DNA from: Acidobacteria bacterium RIFCSPLOWO2_12_FULL_66_21
GTDB taxonomy: Bacteria > Acidobacteriota > Vicinamibacteria > Vicinamibacterales > 2-12-FULL-66-21
NCBI GenBank assembly: GCA_001767455.1
Contig: MELC01000038.1
Coordinates: 48,743-112,742 of the forward strand
Reading direction: 5' to 3'
DNA length: 64,000 bases
Position numbers and translations under genes: made by a program. Below, one piece after another: positions 26,408 to 35,657 of this stretch (positions within the stretch are counted from its first letter, which is position 1; the number at the start of each line of letters is the position of its first letter). Under the pieces are notes generated by a model, which worked only from the letters and a program-made list of their open reading frames with translations, searched no databases and was not told where the DNA came from.

Positions 26408-28591
26408 TCACCGTCGCTTGTATCGGAAGCTCACGGTCGTCTCTTCGTCGAGCACCAGCGGACGAACGAAACGAAACGCGGTGCCGCTGCGCGGGACGTC
26501 CATGCGGACCGGCAGCACCCCCGCGACGCGGCGCTGCAGGTTGAGCACGTTCTGTGAGGGCGCGTTCTGCAGCTCGGTGACTTTCGCTTGATCGATCACC
26601 GGTGCCTCGGCGCGTACTTCCACCGTCTCGGACAGGGTCGCGAGCGACATCTGGAGGTCCACCAGACGCGGACGCTGATCGAACGTCAGGGAGCGCCTGA
26701 CAGTGGCAAAGCCCGCCAACTCCCCCGTGACAGTCACGGGACCCGATGGCACGCTCGAGACGATGAACATCCCGCCCTCGTCGGTGGTCGCGCGACGGCG
26801 CACGCCGTCGGATGCCGTTACGGTGATGGTCACGCCGGGGAGCGTCGCTCCATTCGTATCAACGGCGTGACCGACGATCTGGCCCGGTCCGATGGGACGT
26901 TCCGGAAGATACCCGACGATGCCGGCGGTCGCTCCATGCCCGACATCCAAGGACGTGCCGGCGGCGGAGCCGGCGACGAGTTGCGCGAGGCGGGCCGGAA
27001 TGACGTTGCCGCCGTTCGGCGTGGCTGAGTAGCGGTCGGGGAGGAACAGCTCCCAGTGCACCAGGCTCATCGGCACGTCGAACTTCGGCAGTGCCATCTG
27101 CGCATCGCCGCGCTTGCCGAATGCTTCACCGGCGGTGAGATACACGAGCGAGACCGGGTAGACGCCGTCCGGTCTGAAGCCGGCGCGCAGCAAAGGCACA
27201 CGCGTTCCGTCGGTACCCGTGACGGGCTTCGCCGTTTCTCCCGCCACTTCGACCGACAACATCGTCGCGCCAGGGGGAAGCGTCACTTTCATGAACGGCT
27301 GCGCGCGATTGCGGATCCACAACTGCACTTCGGTCAGGGCGCGTCCCTCGGGGGTGACAAGCGTCGTCGCCACGACGGTCTGCGCCACCGCGGCAATCAC
27401 CGGCGCGTCGGCGAAGCGTTTGACCTCGAGCGTCAGTCCGCGCGTCTCCTCCAGCCGCCGCTGATAGCGGAACGCGGCAAGGATCGGCTGGCGCGCCAGC
27501 GAGCGGAGCGTCGCGTTGAGTTCGCGCACGTCCATGCGATGCAGCCCTTCGTCTCCGGATGCGGTCACGTCGAGCGTCCCGATCCCTTCGATGGCCGTTT
27601 CGCCGGCCTCGCGCTGCGCACCCGTGAGGGTCGGAAACGACGTCATCGCCTTGAACGATCCCGGCGCATGGGCCTGCTCGAGGCTGATGAGGAACTGATG
27701 GCGCCGCACCGTCGCGTCGTGCACCGTCAGCACGATCGCCCCGGCGGCGGCTCTGGTCGTTTCGATCGAGCTGCCCGCGATCGACGAGACCTCGAAGCCC
27801 GACGGAAGGCGCACCTCGAACGTCTGCGGCTCGCCCTGGACGACCGTCACGTCGACAAGCGATACCATCCGCAAATCGGCTTCGCCGATCGTGATGAGCG
27901 ATTTGACGTCTGCGAGTGTCCGCGCCGTGGCGGGCACGCCCGGCGCGGCGGTCTCGCGCATCGACCAAGACACCTGGCCGCGGCGGCCCGGTTCGAGCGT
28001 GACCTCAACGGTGGTTCTGCCGCCGGAGGTCTGCCGCCGGGTCACGACTCCGGGTTCCACCTTCACCTCCGCGGGATCCCCGGGCAGGTCGAGCGTCGCG
28101 CTGATGGTGCCGCCTGCAGGAACAGGCAGCGCAAACGTTGCGCGGCCCGGCGCGGAGGTGACCGGCGCCGCCCAGTCGAGTGTGACGGTGAACGGAGCGG
28201 GCCCCGTGAGGACCGCGGCATGCGCGTCCGATTCCTGCACCAGCGGCAGTGGGCGTCCGTCGGTCCTCGCATCCACGAGCGTGGCGCCGCTGACGAGCGG
28301 CCCCTTCACCTGGCCGCGCTGAAACACCTCCCCATCGAGGCGCAGCGTGCCGCGCGCCGTGTCGCCGGCGACCCGCGCGCGGAGGTCGGCGCGGCCGACG
28401 ACGGCTGGGACAGGCGGCGGCTCCGGCGTGGTGTCCGGTTGCGCAGCGCGATCGACGAGCCGGTTGTATTCACCGATGGGCATTGTCACCGTGCCCTGCG
28501 GGCCCTGCGGAACGCGAGGGCGGTCCTGGGCGAGGGCAAGCCGCGGAGTGAGCACGAGCAACGCGACAGCAATCAGATGTTTGGCATGCAT
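26408..28591 (-). CDS. Large secreted protein of unknown function (paralog B) with a carboxypeptidase-regulatory-like domain near the C-terminus
   Basis: Signal peptide MHAKHLIAVALLVLTPRLALAQ. Paralogous to the upstream gene (shared N-terminal IGEY/IDEY region and C-terminal ...FRYKRR tail). Contains a CarboxypepD_reg-like segment (GQIVGHAVDTNGATLPGVTITVTASDGVRRRATTDEGGMFIVSSVPSGPVTVTGELAGFATV). Confidence 0.65.
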   Translation of the reverse strand: MHAKHLIAVALLVLTPRLALAQDRPRVPQGPQGTVTMPIGEYNRLVDRAAQPDTTPEPPPVPAVVGRADLRARVAGDTARGTLRLDGEVFQRGQVKGPLVSGATLVDARTDGRPLPLVQESDAHAAVLTGPAPFTVTLDWAAPVTSAPGRATFALPVPAGGTISATLDLPGDPAEVKVEPGVVTRRQTSGGRTTVEVTLEPGRRGQVSWSMRETAAPGVPATARTLADVKSLITIGEADLRMVSLVDVTVVQGEPQTFEVRLPSGFEVSSIAGSSIETTRAAAGAIVLTVHDATVRRHQFLISLEQAHAPGSFKAMTSFPTLTGAQREAGETAIEGIGTLDVTASGDEGLHRMDVRELNATLRSLARQPILAAFRYQRRLEETRGLTLEVKRFADAPVIAAVAQTVVATTLVTPEGRALTEVQLWIRNRAQPFMKVTLPPGATMLSVEVAGETAKPVTGTDGTRVPLLRAGFRPDGVYPVSLVYLTAGEAFGKRGDAQMALPKFDVPMSLVHWELFLPDRYSATPNGGNVIPARLAQLVAGSAAGTSLDVGHGATAGIVGYLPERPIGPGQIVGHAVDTNGATLPGVTITVTASDGVRRRATTDEGGMFIVSSVPSGPVTVTGELAGFATVRRSLTFDQRPRLVDLQMSLATLSETVEVRAEAPVIDQAKVTELQNAPSQNVLNLQRRVAGVLPVRMDVPRSGTAFRFVRPLVLDEETTVSFRYKRR

Positions 28592-28599
28592 TGGACACC

Positions 28600-30492
28600 T
28601 CACCAGCGGCTCTCACGCTTATAGGAGAACTCGACGACCGGCGCCTGCGACTCGGCGGTCAGCTCCGAGGTCAGGAATATGCTTGGACCGAAATCCGGAA
28701 ACTGCACCTGCACCGGCAGTGGACCGGTCACCGTGCGCCCGGCGGTGTCTCTGTGAAATTGCGTGACGAGTTGATCCGTGGGCGCCGGCATCGCCGGGGG
28801 GGCCGGAATCGCTCGGGCGACGCCGCCGGCGGCCGTCTCCTCGCCGCGCAATGCCGGCGTGAAGGGCCCTGCGTCGGTCTCGATGCGGAACAACGCCCGG
28901 GGTTCGGGCTTCACACTGAAACGCGGCGGGTAATGCAGCACCACGCCCGTTCGCGAGATCGGCAGATCGATCGAGGGAAGTGAGAGCGCCGCGCGTCCCG
29001 TGTCGCTCCACGCCGCGCCGCGTTGAACGTACGTCACCTCGACAACGAACGCCGGTGGTTCTTCTCCGGCCCGTCCTTTCTGGAGCGGCAACAACAGCGA
29101 GCCGCCAGGTGCGACGCCCGGACGAATGGGTCGCGCCGCGACCGACGCGCTCCACAGCGTGGCGTCGTTCGGGAGCCTGATGTCCAGGAAAGCGCGCTGG
29201 TTATTCCGCACCGCATATCGCGCGCGGACGAGGGTCTTCCCCTCTTCCCCGACGAGCGCGTCGTAGCGCGCCTCCTCGACGTTCGCGATGAGCACCGCCT
29301 GCGGCGTATACCGCGCGACCGTCAGCGCGAGACTGCGCTCCGCACGTCCGTCCTGCGGCCTGAAGCGGAACGCGACCATCGACGGCGACTCGCGTCCCGA
29401 TACAGGATCGCCGAGGTCGGAGGGATCGGCGGGATCCAGTCCACGCGGTTGACGCTGGCCGATCTCTCCCGCGCCGAGTACTTCGACCGCCACCCCGCCC
29501 GTTTCGCGCTCCGCCGCGGGCAGACGCAGCAGCGGCACCGGCACCGATCCGTCCCGAGGCAGGCGTGCCTCGCCCGACAGTGCGAACGAGGTCTGGGTCG
29601 CCACGGGTTCAAAGAAGCTCACCCGCAGCGTGCCCGGACGGAAATCCCAGTCGGCGACATGCGCGCCCGACACCTGATTGATGACGAGGCCGTCGGTCAG
29701 TGCCACATCGATGGCCGGGGCCTGTCCCTGCACGACCTCGACGCGCACGGTCGCCGTGAGCGAGCTCGTCTCCTCGCCGAGTCCCACCAGCTCGGTGATG
29801 CTGCCGCGCCACTTGAGCGGTTGCGCGAGCCGCGTGTCCTCCGTCCGCTTCTTCCACGTCGCCGTCAGCGGCTGCCCCGCGCGTCCGTACGCGATCCAGC
29901 GCCCCTCCGGCTCCTGCGCCCGCTCCGCGAGCACGCCGCCCGTCACCGTGAGATCGATCCCGCTGCGGGGCACGACGACCGCCAGCCGCGACACCGCTCC
30001 GGGCGAGGCGGGCAGCACCAAAGTTTCCGATCCGCCGGTCACTCGGAGAGGTACAACAATATCGAGCGCCAGAACGGCTCGGCCACGCCGCGATAACAGC
30101 ACGTGCGGCGCGTGGTGCGCCGGCCCGCCGTTCCGATCGGGAGAAAGGTCGATGATGGAGACCGGCCGGCCGTCGAGGCGCGACGCGCGCACGAGCAGGC
30201 CGGAGGGAACCTCTACGCGAATCCAGCCCTCCTTCAGGACGTCGACCGTCAGCCGCACTTCGCCGGCCACCAACTGGTCGCCGGCGCGGAGGTCGTACTC
30301 GACGCGGGTGATTGTCGCGTCGACTGGAGGTGGATCCGGCGGTCTGTCGGGCGGATACGCCTTGAGCCGAAGCGCGCGATACTCATCGATTGCAATAACG
30401 ACCCATCCGTCGGCACGCGAGGGCTCCTGCGCCCGCACACTTGCGAACGCGCCGCACACGAGAGCCGCACATACGAGTGTTGCGCGTATCAT
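28600..30492 (-). CDS. Large secreted protein of unknown function (paralog A)
   Basis: Signal peptide MIRATLVCAALVCGAFASVRAQE (ATG 30492, GGAGG upstream). Its stop overlaps the start of paralog B by about 10 nt, which suggests translational coupling. Tail ...VVEFSYKRESRW. Confidence 0.65.
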   Translation of the reverse strand: MIRATLVCAALVCGAFASVRAQEPSRADGWVVIAIDEYRALRLKAYPPDRPPDPPPVDATITRVEYDLRAGDQLVAGEVRLTVDVLKEGWIRVEVPSGLLVRASRLDGRPVSIIDLSPDRNGGPAHHAPHVLLSRRGRAVLALDIVVPLRVTGGSETLVLPASPGAVSRLAVVVPRSGIDLTVTGGVLAERAQEPEGRWIAYGRAGQPLTATWKKRTEDTRLAQPLKWRGSITELVGLGEETSSLTATVRVEVVQGQAPAIDVALTDGLVINQVSGAHVADWDFRPGTLRVSFFEPVATQTSFALSGEARLPRDGSVPVPLLRLPAAERETGGVAVEVLGAGEIGQRQPRGLDPADPSDLGDPVSGRESPSMVAFRFRPQDGRAERSLALTVARYTPQAVLIANVEEARYDALVGEEGKTLVRARYAVRNNQRAFLDIRLPNDATLWSASVAARPIRPGVAPGGSLLLPLQKGRAGEEPPAFVVEVTYVQRGAAWSDTGRAALSLPSIDLPISRTGVVLHYPPRFSVKPEPRALFRIETDAGPFTPALRGEETAAGGVARAIPAPPAMPAPTDQLVTQFHRDTAGRTVTGPLPVQVQFPDFGPSIFLTSELTAESQAPVVEFSYKRESRW

Positions 30493-30722
30493 CGCCGCCT
30501 CCTCGGGAGAATCGACACCGGCTGCGCCGGGCCGCCGCCCAGAACAGATCTGTAACAAGTGGCGTGGTTCGAGCGGACGTCGCGCGAATCCGCCACCGAC
30601 GCCGTTTCTCATTTCGACTTGAACGGACTCCGGACGGCCGGGAACCTCACGTTACATCCGGAAATCCGACATGCCGCCAGCACCCGCCTTCGCGCTGCGC
30701 GCTACGGCGCGGCAGGCCTGGA

Positions 30723-31001
30723 ATGTCAGTTACTATTTCTGTGATGTTCCGACGTGTCCTGGCCCGTCGTGCGACGCCGAAATCGGTCGAGAAGATCGAC
30801 GAGACGACGCGCCGCATCCGCTGTCCGAAGTGCGGATGGGAGCCCGGCAGGGGCGATCGATGGGTGTGCGCGCCCGGTTGCGGGCATTCGTGGAACACGT
30901 TCGAGACGCGCGGCGCGTGTCCCGGGTGCGACAAGCACTGGACGTCCACCGCCTGCCTGCGCTGCCATGAGTGGTCGCCTCATATCGAGTGGTACGAGTA
31001 A
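30723..31001 (+). CDS. Small zinc-ribbon protein (four CxxC pairs)
   Basis: CPKCGW...CAPGCGH...CPGCDKHW...CLRCHEW. Divergent from the secreted-protein operon. Alternative start at 30744. Confidence 0.5.
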   Translation: MSVTISVMFRRVLARRATPKSVEKIDETTRRIRCPKCGWEPGRGDRWVCAPGCGHSWNTFETRGACPGCDKHWTSTACLRCHEWSPHIEWYE

Positions 31002-31225
31002 ACTCCAAACTCCAAACTCCAAACTCCAAAGGCACTCCCAACTCCAAACTCCAAACTTCAAAGGCACTCCCAACGCCAAACTCCAAACTTCAAACCTCAC
31101 ACTTCAAAGGTTCAAGATCTTCAAACTCCCATCGGCATTTGGATTTGGCGTTGACTCAGTTCGAAATTTGAAATTTGGAGTGCCTTTGGAGTTTGGACTT
31201 TGGAGTTTGGAGTTTTGAGGCGAAT
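31001..31225. repeat. Long imperfect hairpin built from (ACTCCAA)n and the inverted GGAGTGCCTTTGGAGTTTGG motif
   Basis: Left arm (ACTCCAA)n...CCAAAGGCACTCC; right arm GGAGTGCCTTTGGAGTTTGGACTTTGGAGTTTGG. The same motif is tandemly repeated at 54285-54370. Confidence 0.85.
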
Positions 31226-31249
31226 CCCCCGTGAGCACCCCTGATATCA

Positions 31250-32812
31250 TTGAGTCCCGTGATTCCACGCCGGTTTTCAGCCGAACTGTTCGCGGCACTG
31301 CTGCTCGCGCTGCTCGTCGGCAGCCCGTACGCACAGGCGCCCGCGTCCCCGGCGGCGTATAGCGTGCTCTCGAAAGAAGGCCGGCGGCCGCTGCCGTCGC
31401 GAACGATCGCGGGACAGGAGATGTTCGCGCTCGAGGACCTCGCGCGCCTCTTCGACTTCACGTTCCGTGAAGACGCCACGGCGGGCGGCCTGGTCGTGAC
31501 GATCCGGAACCAGACGATCGTGCTGTCGGCAGGCCAGGGGCTCGCGTCGGCCGGAGGACGGCTCATCTCGCTGTCCGCCGCGCCGGTGCATGAAGGGCGC
31601 GCCTGGTTCGTGCCGGTCGACTTCGTCTCGCGCGCGCTGGCGCCGGTGGCCGCGATGCGCGTCGATGTCCGCAAACCCTCGCGGCTCATCGTCGTCGGAG
31701 ACCTCCGCGCGCCGCGCGTCGCCGGGCGCATCGAGCCGATGGGGTCGCTCACGCGCCTGACCCTCGAGGTGGCGCCGGCCACGCCGCACACCGTCGCCCA
31801 GGAAGGATCGAAGCTCGTCATCCGCTTCGACGCCGACGCGCTCGACGCCGCGCTTCCCGCATCGACGACGCCCGAGGTGATCCAGAACGTGCGTCCCGGC
31901 GAAGGGGCGGCGGTCATCGCCATCGATCTCGGCCCGCGCTTCGCGACGTTCCGCGCGAGCGACCTGCCGGCCGATCGCGGAGCGGGCCGCATCGTGATCG
32001 ACGTGATGGCTCAGGCGGGCGCCGCGGCACCCACCGCGCCGGCGCAGCCGCCGGCCGCGACGCCGGAGCAGCCCCCGTTGCTCGACCTCGCGCCCGCGGG
32101 CGCGCTGCGCACGATCGTGATCGACGCGGGCCACGGCGGCACGGAGGACGGCGCCAAGGGACCGGGCGGCACGCTGGAAAAGAACGTGACGCTCGCGGTC
32201 GCGCGCCGGCTGAAGGCGGCGCTGGAGGCGCGGCTGGGCGTGCGCGTGATTCTCACGCGCGACGGAGACGACACGGTTGCGCTCGACCAGCGCGCGGCCC
32301 TCGCGAACAACAACAAGGCGGACCTGTTCGTCAGCCTGCATGCGAATGCGTCGGTGCGGCCCGGAGCGACCGGCGCCGAAGTGTTCTACCTGAGCCTCGA
32401 CGAGTACGGCGAGGATGCGGCGCGCGCCGCGCATGCCGAGAGCGAGTCGCTGCCGGTCTTTGGCGGCGGCAGCCGCGACATCGAAGTGATCCTGTGGGAA
32501 ATGGCGCAGGCGCGCTACATCCAGGAATCCGCGGCGCTGGCCCAGGCGATCGAAGCGTCGCTGCGCGAGCGCGTGCCGATGAGCGCGCGGGCGATCCAGC
32601 AGGCGCCCTTCCGCGTGCTGGTCGGCGCCAACATGCCCGCGGTGCTCGTGGAGATGGGCTTCCTGACCAACGCCGACCAGGAAAAGCAGTTGTCGTCGGA
32701 CGAGTTTCAGAATGCCGTCGTGCAGGGGCTCGTCGAGGCGTTCAGCCGCGTCCGCGACGCGCGCGGCGCCGTCGGACGATCGGGCGGGCCGGCGCAGGGA
32801 CCCGGACGGTAA
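31250..32812 (+). CDS. N-acetylmuramoyl-L-alanine amidase (AmiC-like; AMIN domains + Amidase_3)
   Basis: Amidase_3 core (IVIDAGHGGTEDGAKGPGGTLEKNVTLAVARRL...LFVSLHANA) with N-terminal AMIN-like beta domains. TTG start. Confidence 0.85.
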   Translation: MSPVIPRRFSAELFAALLLALLVGSPYAQAPASPAAYSVLSKEGRRPLPSRTIAGQEMFALEDLARLFDFTFREDATAGGLVVTIRNQTIVLSAGQGLASAGGRLISLSAAPVHEGRAWFVPVDFVSRALAPVAAMRVDVRKPSRLIVVGDLRAPRVAGRIEPMGSLTRLTLEVAPATPHTVAQEGSKLVIRFDADALDAALPASTTPEVIQNVRPGEGAAVIAIDLGPRFATFRASDLPADRGAGRIVIDVMAQAGAAAPTAPAQPPAATPEQPPLLDLAPAGALRTIVIDAGHGGTEDGAKGPGGTLEKNVTLAVARRLKAALEARLGVRVILTRDGDDTVALDQRAALANNNKADLFVSLHANASVRPGATGAEVFYLSLDEYGEDAARAAHAESESLPVFGGGSRDIEVILWEMAQARYIQESAALAQAIEASLRERVPMSARAIQQAPFRVLVGANMPAVLVEMGFLTNADQEKQLSSDEFQNAVVQGLVEAFSRVRDARGAVGRSGGPAQGPGR

Positions 32813-33408
32813 TGTCTCGACGCGCCGCCATCGCCGCCGCCGCTCTCACGGGCCTCGTCGCGCTCGTCTGGCTGCTCGTCTTCTTCATCCCCCGGCACTC
32901 GGCGCCGGGAGCGCCGGCCGTCACCCCGGGCCAGTCCGCGACCGCGGCACCGGAACGGAAGATCACGGCGACCCTCTACTACATCTCCGAGGACGGCATG
33001 TCGCTTGTCGGCGCGCAGCGCGAGGTGCCGTTCGGCGATCCCATCGTCGAACAGGCCCGCCGCATCGTCGAAGCCGAGCTCGGCGGGGCGCCCCCTTCGC
33101 TCGCCTCGGCCATTCCATCCGGCACGACCCTGCGGGCGTTGTTCCTCACCGAGCGCGGCGACGCGTTCGTGGATCTCAGCAGCGACGTATCCACCAGACA
33201 TACGGGCGGTGCCCTCGACGAACTGTTCACGGTGTATGCGATCGTCAACGCGCTGACCGTCAACCTCCCCGCGATCAGACGGGTGCAAATCCTCGTGGAC
33301 GGGAAAGAGGTGGACACGCTCGCCGGACACGTGGATCTGCGACATCCGTTGCAGAAGAACCTCAAGTGGCTGGCCACGGCCGCCACGCCGGCACTCGATG
33401 GTCGTTAG
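32812..33408 (+). CDS. GerMN-domain lipoprotein
   Basis: GerMN-like fold (TATLYYISEDGMSLVGAQREVP...RVQILVDGKEVDTLAGHVDL). ATG overlaps the amidase stop (TAATG). Confidence 0.7.
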   Translation: MSRRAAIAAAALTGLVALVWLLVFFIPRHSAPGAPAVTPGQSATAAPERKITATLYYISEDGMSLVGAQREVPFGDPIVEQARRIVEAELGGAPPSLASAIPSGTTLRALFLTERGDAFVDLSSDVSTRHTGGALDELFTVYAIVNALTVNLPAIRRVQILVDGKEVDTLAGHVDLRHPLQKNLKWLATAATPALDGR

Positions 33409-33450
33409 TCGCCGGTCGGCAACCGTGGAAGGTGGAAGGTAGAACCGAGA

Positions 33451-34185
33451 ATGTCTATTACGCGATCGGACGGCCGCGCGCCGGAACAGCTGCGGGTGAC
33501 GCGGATGACGCCGTCGTACACCATGCACGCCGAGGGCTCGGTGCTCATCGAGGCGGGACAGACGCGCGTAATCTGCACCGCGAGCGTCGAAGACCGGGTG
33601 CCGCCGTTCCTGCGGAACAGCGGCAAGGGATGGGTGACCGCGGAGTACGGGATGCTGCCGCGCGCCACCACGACCCGCATGCAGCGCGAGGCGACCGCCG
33701 GGAAAGTCGGCGGGCGCACGCAGGAGATTCAGCGGCTGATCGGGCGGTCCCTGCGATCCGTCATGAGGCTGAACGAGCTCGGGGAGCGGACGGTATGGGT
33801 GGACTGCGACGTCATCCAGGCGGACGGCGGCACGCGCACCGCCTCCATCACCGGTGGCTTCGTCGCGCTTGTGCTCGCGCTTCGGAGGCTGCGCCAGGCG
33901 GGAGCCATCAAGACGATCCCGGTCGCCGACCACGTGGCGGCGGTCAGCGTCGGAGTCGTGGCGGGGACGCCGCTGCTCGACCTCGCGTACGACGAGGACT
34001 CGAAGGCGGAGGTCGACATGAACGTGGTGAAGACCGGGGACGGCCGCTTCATCGAAGTCCAGGGAACCGCCGAGGGCCCGCCGTTCGAGCGCGCGGCGCT
34101 CGACGCGCTGCTCGGGCTCGCCGACGCCGGCGTCCGCGAGCTCGTCGATCTGCAGCGATCGATCCTGGGGGATATCCGTTCGTAA
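33451..34185 (+). CDS. rph: Ribonuclease PH
   Basis: RNase PH motifs ([35 protein letters not shown]). Confidence 0.95.
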   Translation: MSITRSDGRAPEQLRVTRMTPSYTMHAEGSVLIEAGQTRVICTASVEDRVPPFLRNSGKGWVTAEYGMLPRATTTRMQREATAGKVGGRTQEIQRLIGRSLRSVMRLNELGERTVWVDCDVIQADGGTRTASITGGFVALVLALRRLRQAGAIKTIPVADHVAAVSVGVVAGTPLLDLAYDEDSKAEVDMNVVKTGDGRFIEVQGTAEGPPFERAALDALLGLADAGVRELVDLQRSILGDIRS

Positions 34186-34227
34186 CGCGACGGGACTTTG
34201 ACTATCGACCATCGACCATCGACGACC

Positions 34228-34824
34228 GTGCTCCTCGTCGCGACCACCAACCCGGGCAAGCTGAGGGAAATCGAGGGCATCCTGCACGGTTTGCCGATCG
34301 CGCTCGTCACGCTGCGCGATTTTCCGGGCGTGGCGGAACCGGAGGAAACCGGCGCGACCTTCGCCGAGAATGCCAGGTTGAAGGCGCTGTACTACGCCGC
34401 GGCGACGCGGCTGCCAAGCGTCGCCGATGACTCCGGCCTCGAGATCGATGCGCTGGACGGTGCCCCGGGCGTGCACTCCGCGCGGTGGCACGGCACGGAC
34501 TACGCCTGGAAGTTCCAGAAGATTCACGAACGGCTTCGCGCGCGCGGCGTCTCGACCAGCCCGGCCAGGTTCGTCTGTCACGTCGCGCTCGCCGACGGGG
34601 GGCGCATCGTGCACGAGGCGAGCGGCGTCGTGGAAGGACGAATCAGCGACGAGCCGCGCGGCACGAACGGCTTCGGGTACGATCCGATCTTCTTCTACCC
34701 GCCGTTCGGCTGCACGCTCGCCGAGCTCGATTCAGAACGGAAATCCCAGGTGAGCCACCGGGGCAAGGCGTTCGCCGCTCTCAGACAGTATCTCGAGGCG
34801 AACGGCGGCCGGATCGCCGGCTGA
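34228..34824 (+). CDS. rdgB: dITP/XTP pyrophosphatase (Ham1/RdgB family)
   Basis: VLLVATTNPGKLREIEGIL...FGYDPIFFYP. Proposed GTG start at 34228; the track TTG at 34198 lies inside a GACTATC-type repeat. Confidence 0.85.
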   Translation: MLLVATTNPGKLREIEGILHGLPIALVTLRDFPGVAEPEETGATFAENARLKALYYAAATRLPSVADDSGLEIDALDGAPGVHSARWHGTDYAWKFQKIHERLRARGVSTSPARFVCHVALADGGRIVHEASGVVEGRISDEPRGTNGFGYDPIFFYPPFGCTLAELDSERKSQVSHRGKAFAALRQYLEANGGRIAG

Positions 34825-35614
34825 AGAGGAACTCGAGCGCGGAGGGCAGCCGCCGCGCCCAGGCGTCCTCCGAGTGCGAGGCGCCCGGCTCGACGACGGT
34901 CTTCAGCCGTGCCGGACCCAGCCCGGCGCGCTGGAGGAGGCGCTGCAGCTTCCGCACGTTCGCGACGGGTTCCCTGTTCCGGTCCGCCCGGCCGGTCTCT
35001 TCCGTGCCCACTCCGAGGTACACGCGCTCGGGCCAGCGCGCGGCGGATCGCGCCTGTTTCAGGATGTATCCCCCGCCGACGTACAACGACGGGCTTTCGA
35101 GCAGGAGCTTTCCGAACACACCCGGTTTGGCGAGCACGGTGGACAGGGCGGCCACGGCGCCGTACGACGATCCCCCAAAGCCCGTGTTCAGCGCGCCTGG
35201 CGCAACAGGATAGCGGCTCGACACGAAGGGGATGACATCACGCGTGACGAACTCCGCGTACTGGCGCCCGAGGGGAACGCGCGCGTGCGGATTCCGCTCG
35301 TCTTCGACCGGCAGATACTCGCGGGCCCGCCGCGCGTCGCCGTGATCGATGCCGACCACGATCAACGGCGGAATGCGCGAGCGGCGCACGAGCCGCTCGA
35401 TCGTCTCGGCGACGCGCCACGTCAGGCCGCCAAACGCTCTACCGGGCTCGAAGAGATTCTGCCCGTCATTCAGGTACAGGACGGGGAACAACGAAGCCGC
35501 TCGGCGGTCGGCGCTCGAGGCTCGGCAGACACGGCGCGCACCGGATGAACGCCACACGGTGATGCGCCGGGTCGCGCCGAGGAAGGTGCTTTCAATCTCG
35601 TGGACGTGAAACAA
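34781..35614 (-). CDS. Putative esterase (alpha/beta hydrolase, esterase family)
   Basis: PVLYLNDGQN...GFGGSSYGAVAAL nucleophile-elbow context. TTG start inside the repeat region; start uncertain. Confidence 0.55.
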   Translation of the reverse strand: MFHVHEIESTFLGATRRITVWRSSGARRVCRASSADRRAASLFPVLYLNDGQNLFEPGRAFGGLTWRVAETIERLVRRSRIPPLIVVGIDHGDARRAREYLPVEDERNPHARVPLGRQYAEFVTRDVIPFVSSRYPVAPGALNTGFGGSSYGAVAALSTVLAKPGVFGKLLLESPSLYVGGGYILKQARSAARWPERVYLGVGTEETGRADRNREPVANVRKLQRLLQRAGLGPARLKTVVEPGASHSEDAWARRLPSALEFLFSRRSGRRSPRDTV

Positions 35615-35657
35615 TTCACCAATTCACCAATTCACCAACTCACCAACTCACCAACTT
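35615..35657. repeat. (CACCAAYT)n simple repeat between fusion-protein stop and esterase start
   Basis: caattcaccaattcaccaattcaccaactcaccaactcaccaactt. The same repeat type occurs at 55893-56032. Confidence 0.7.

Noticed and set aside
26127-26591. 154-aa ORF with PQHPSAPLST repeats
   Set aside because: It is simply a translation of the 10-bp minisatellite. No start context; it overlaps the 3' end of a real minus-strand gene.
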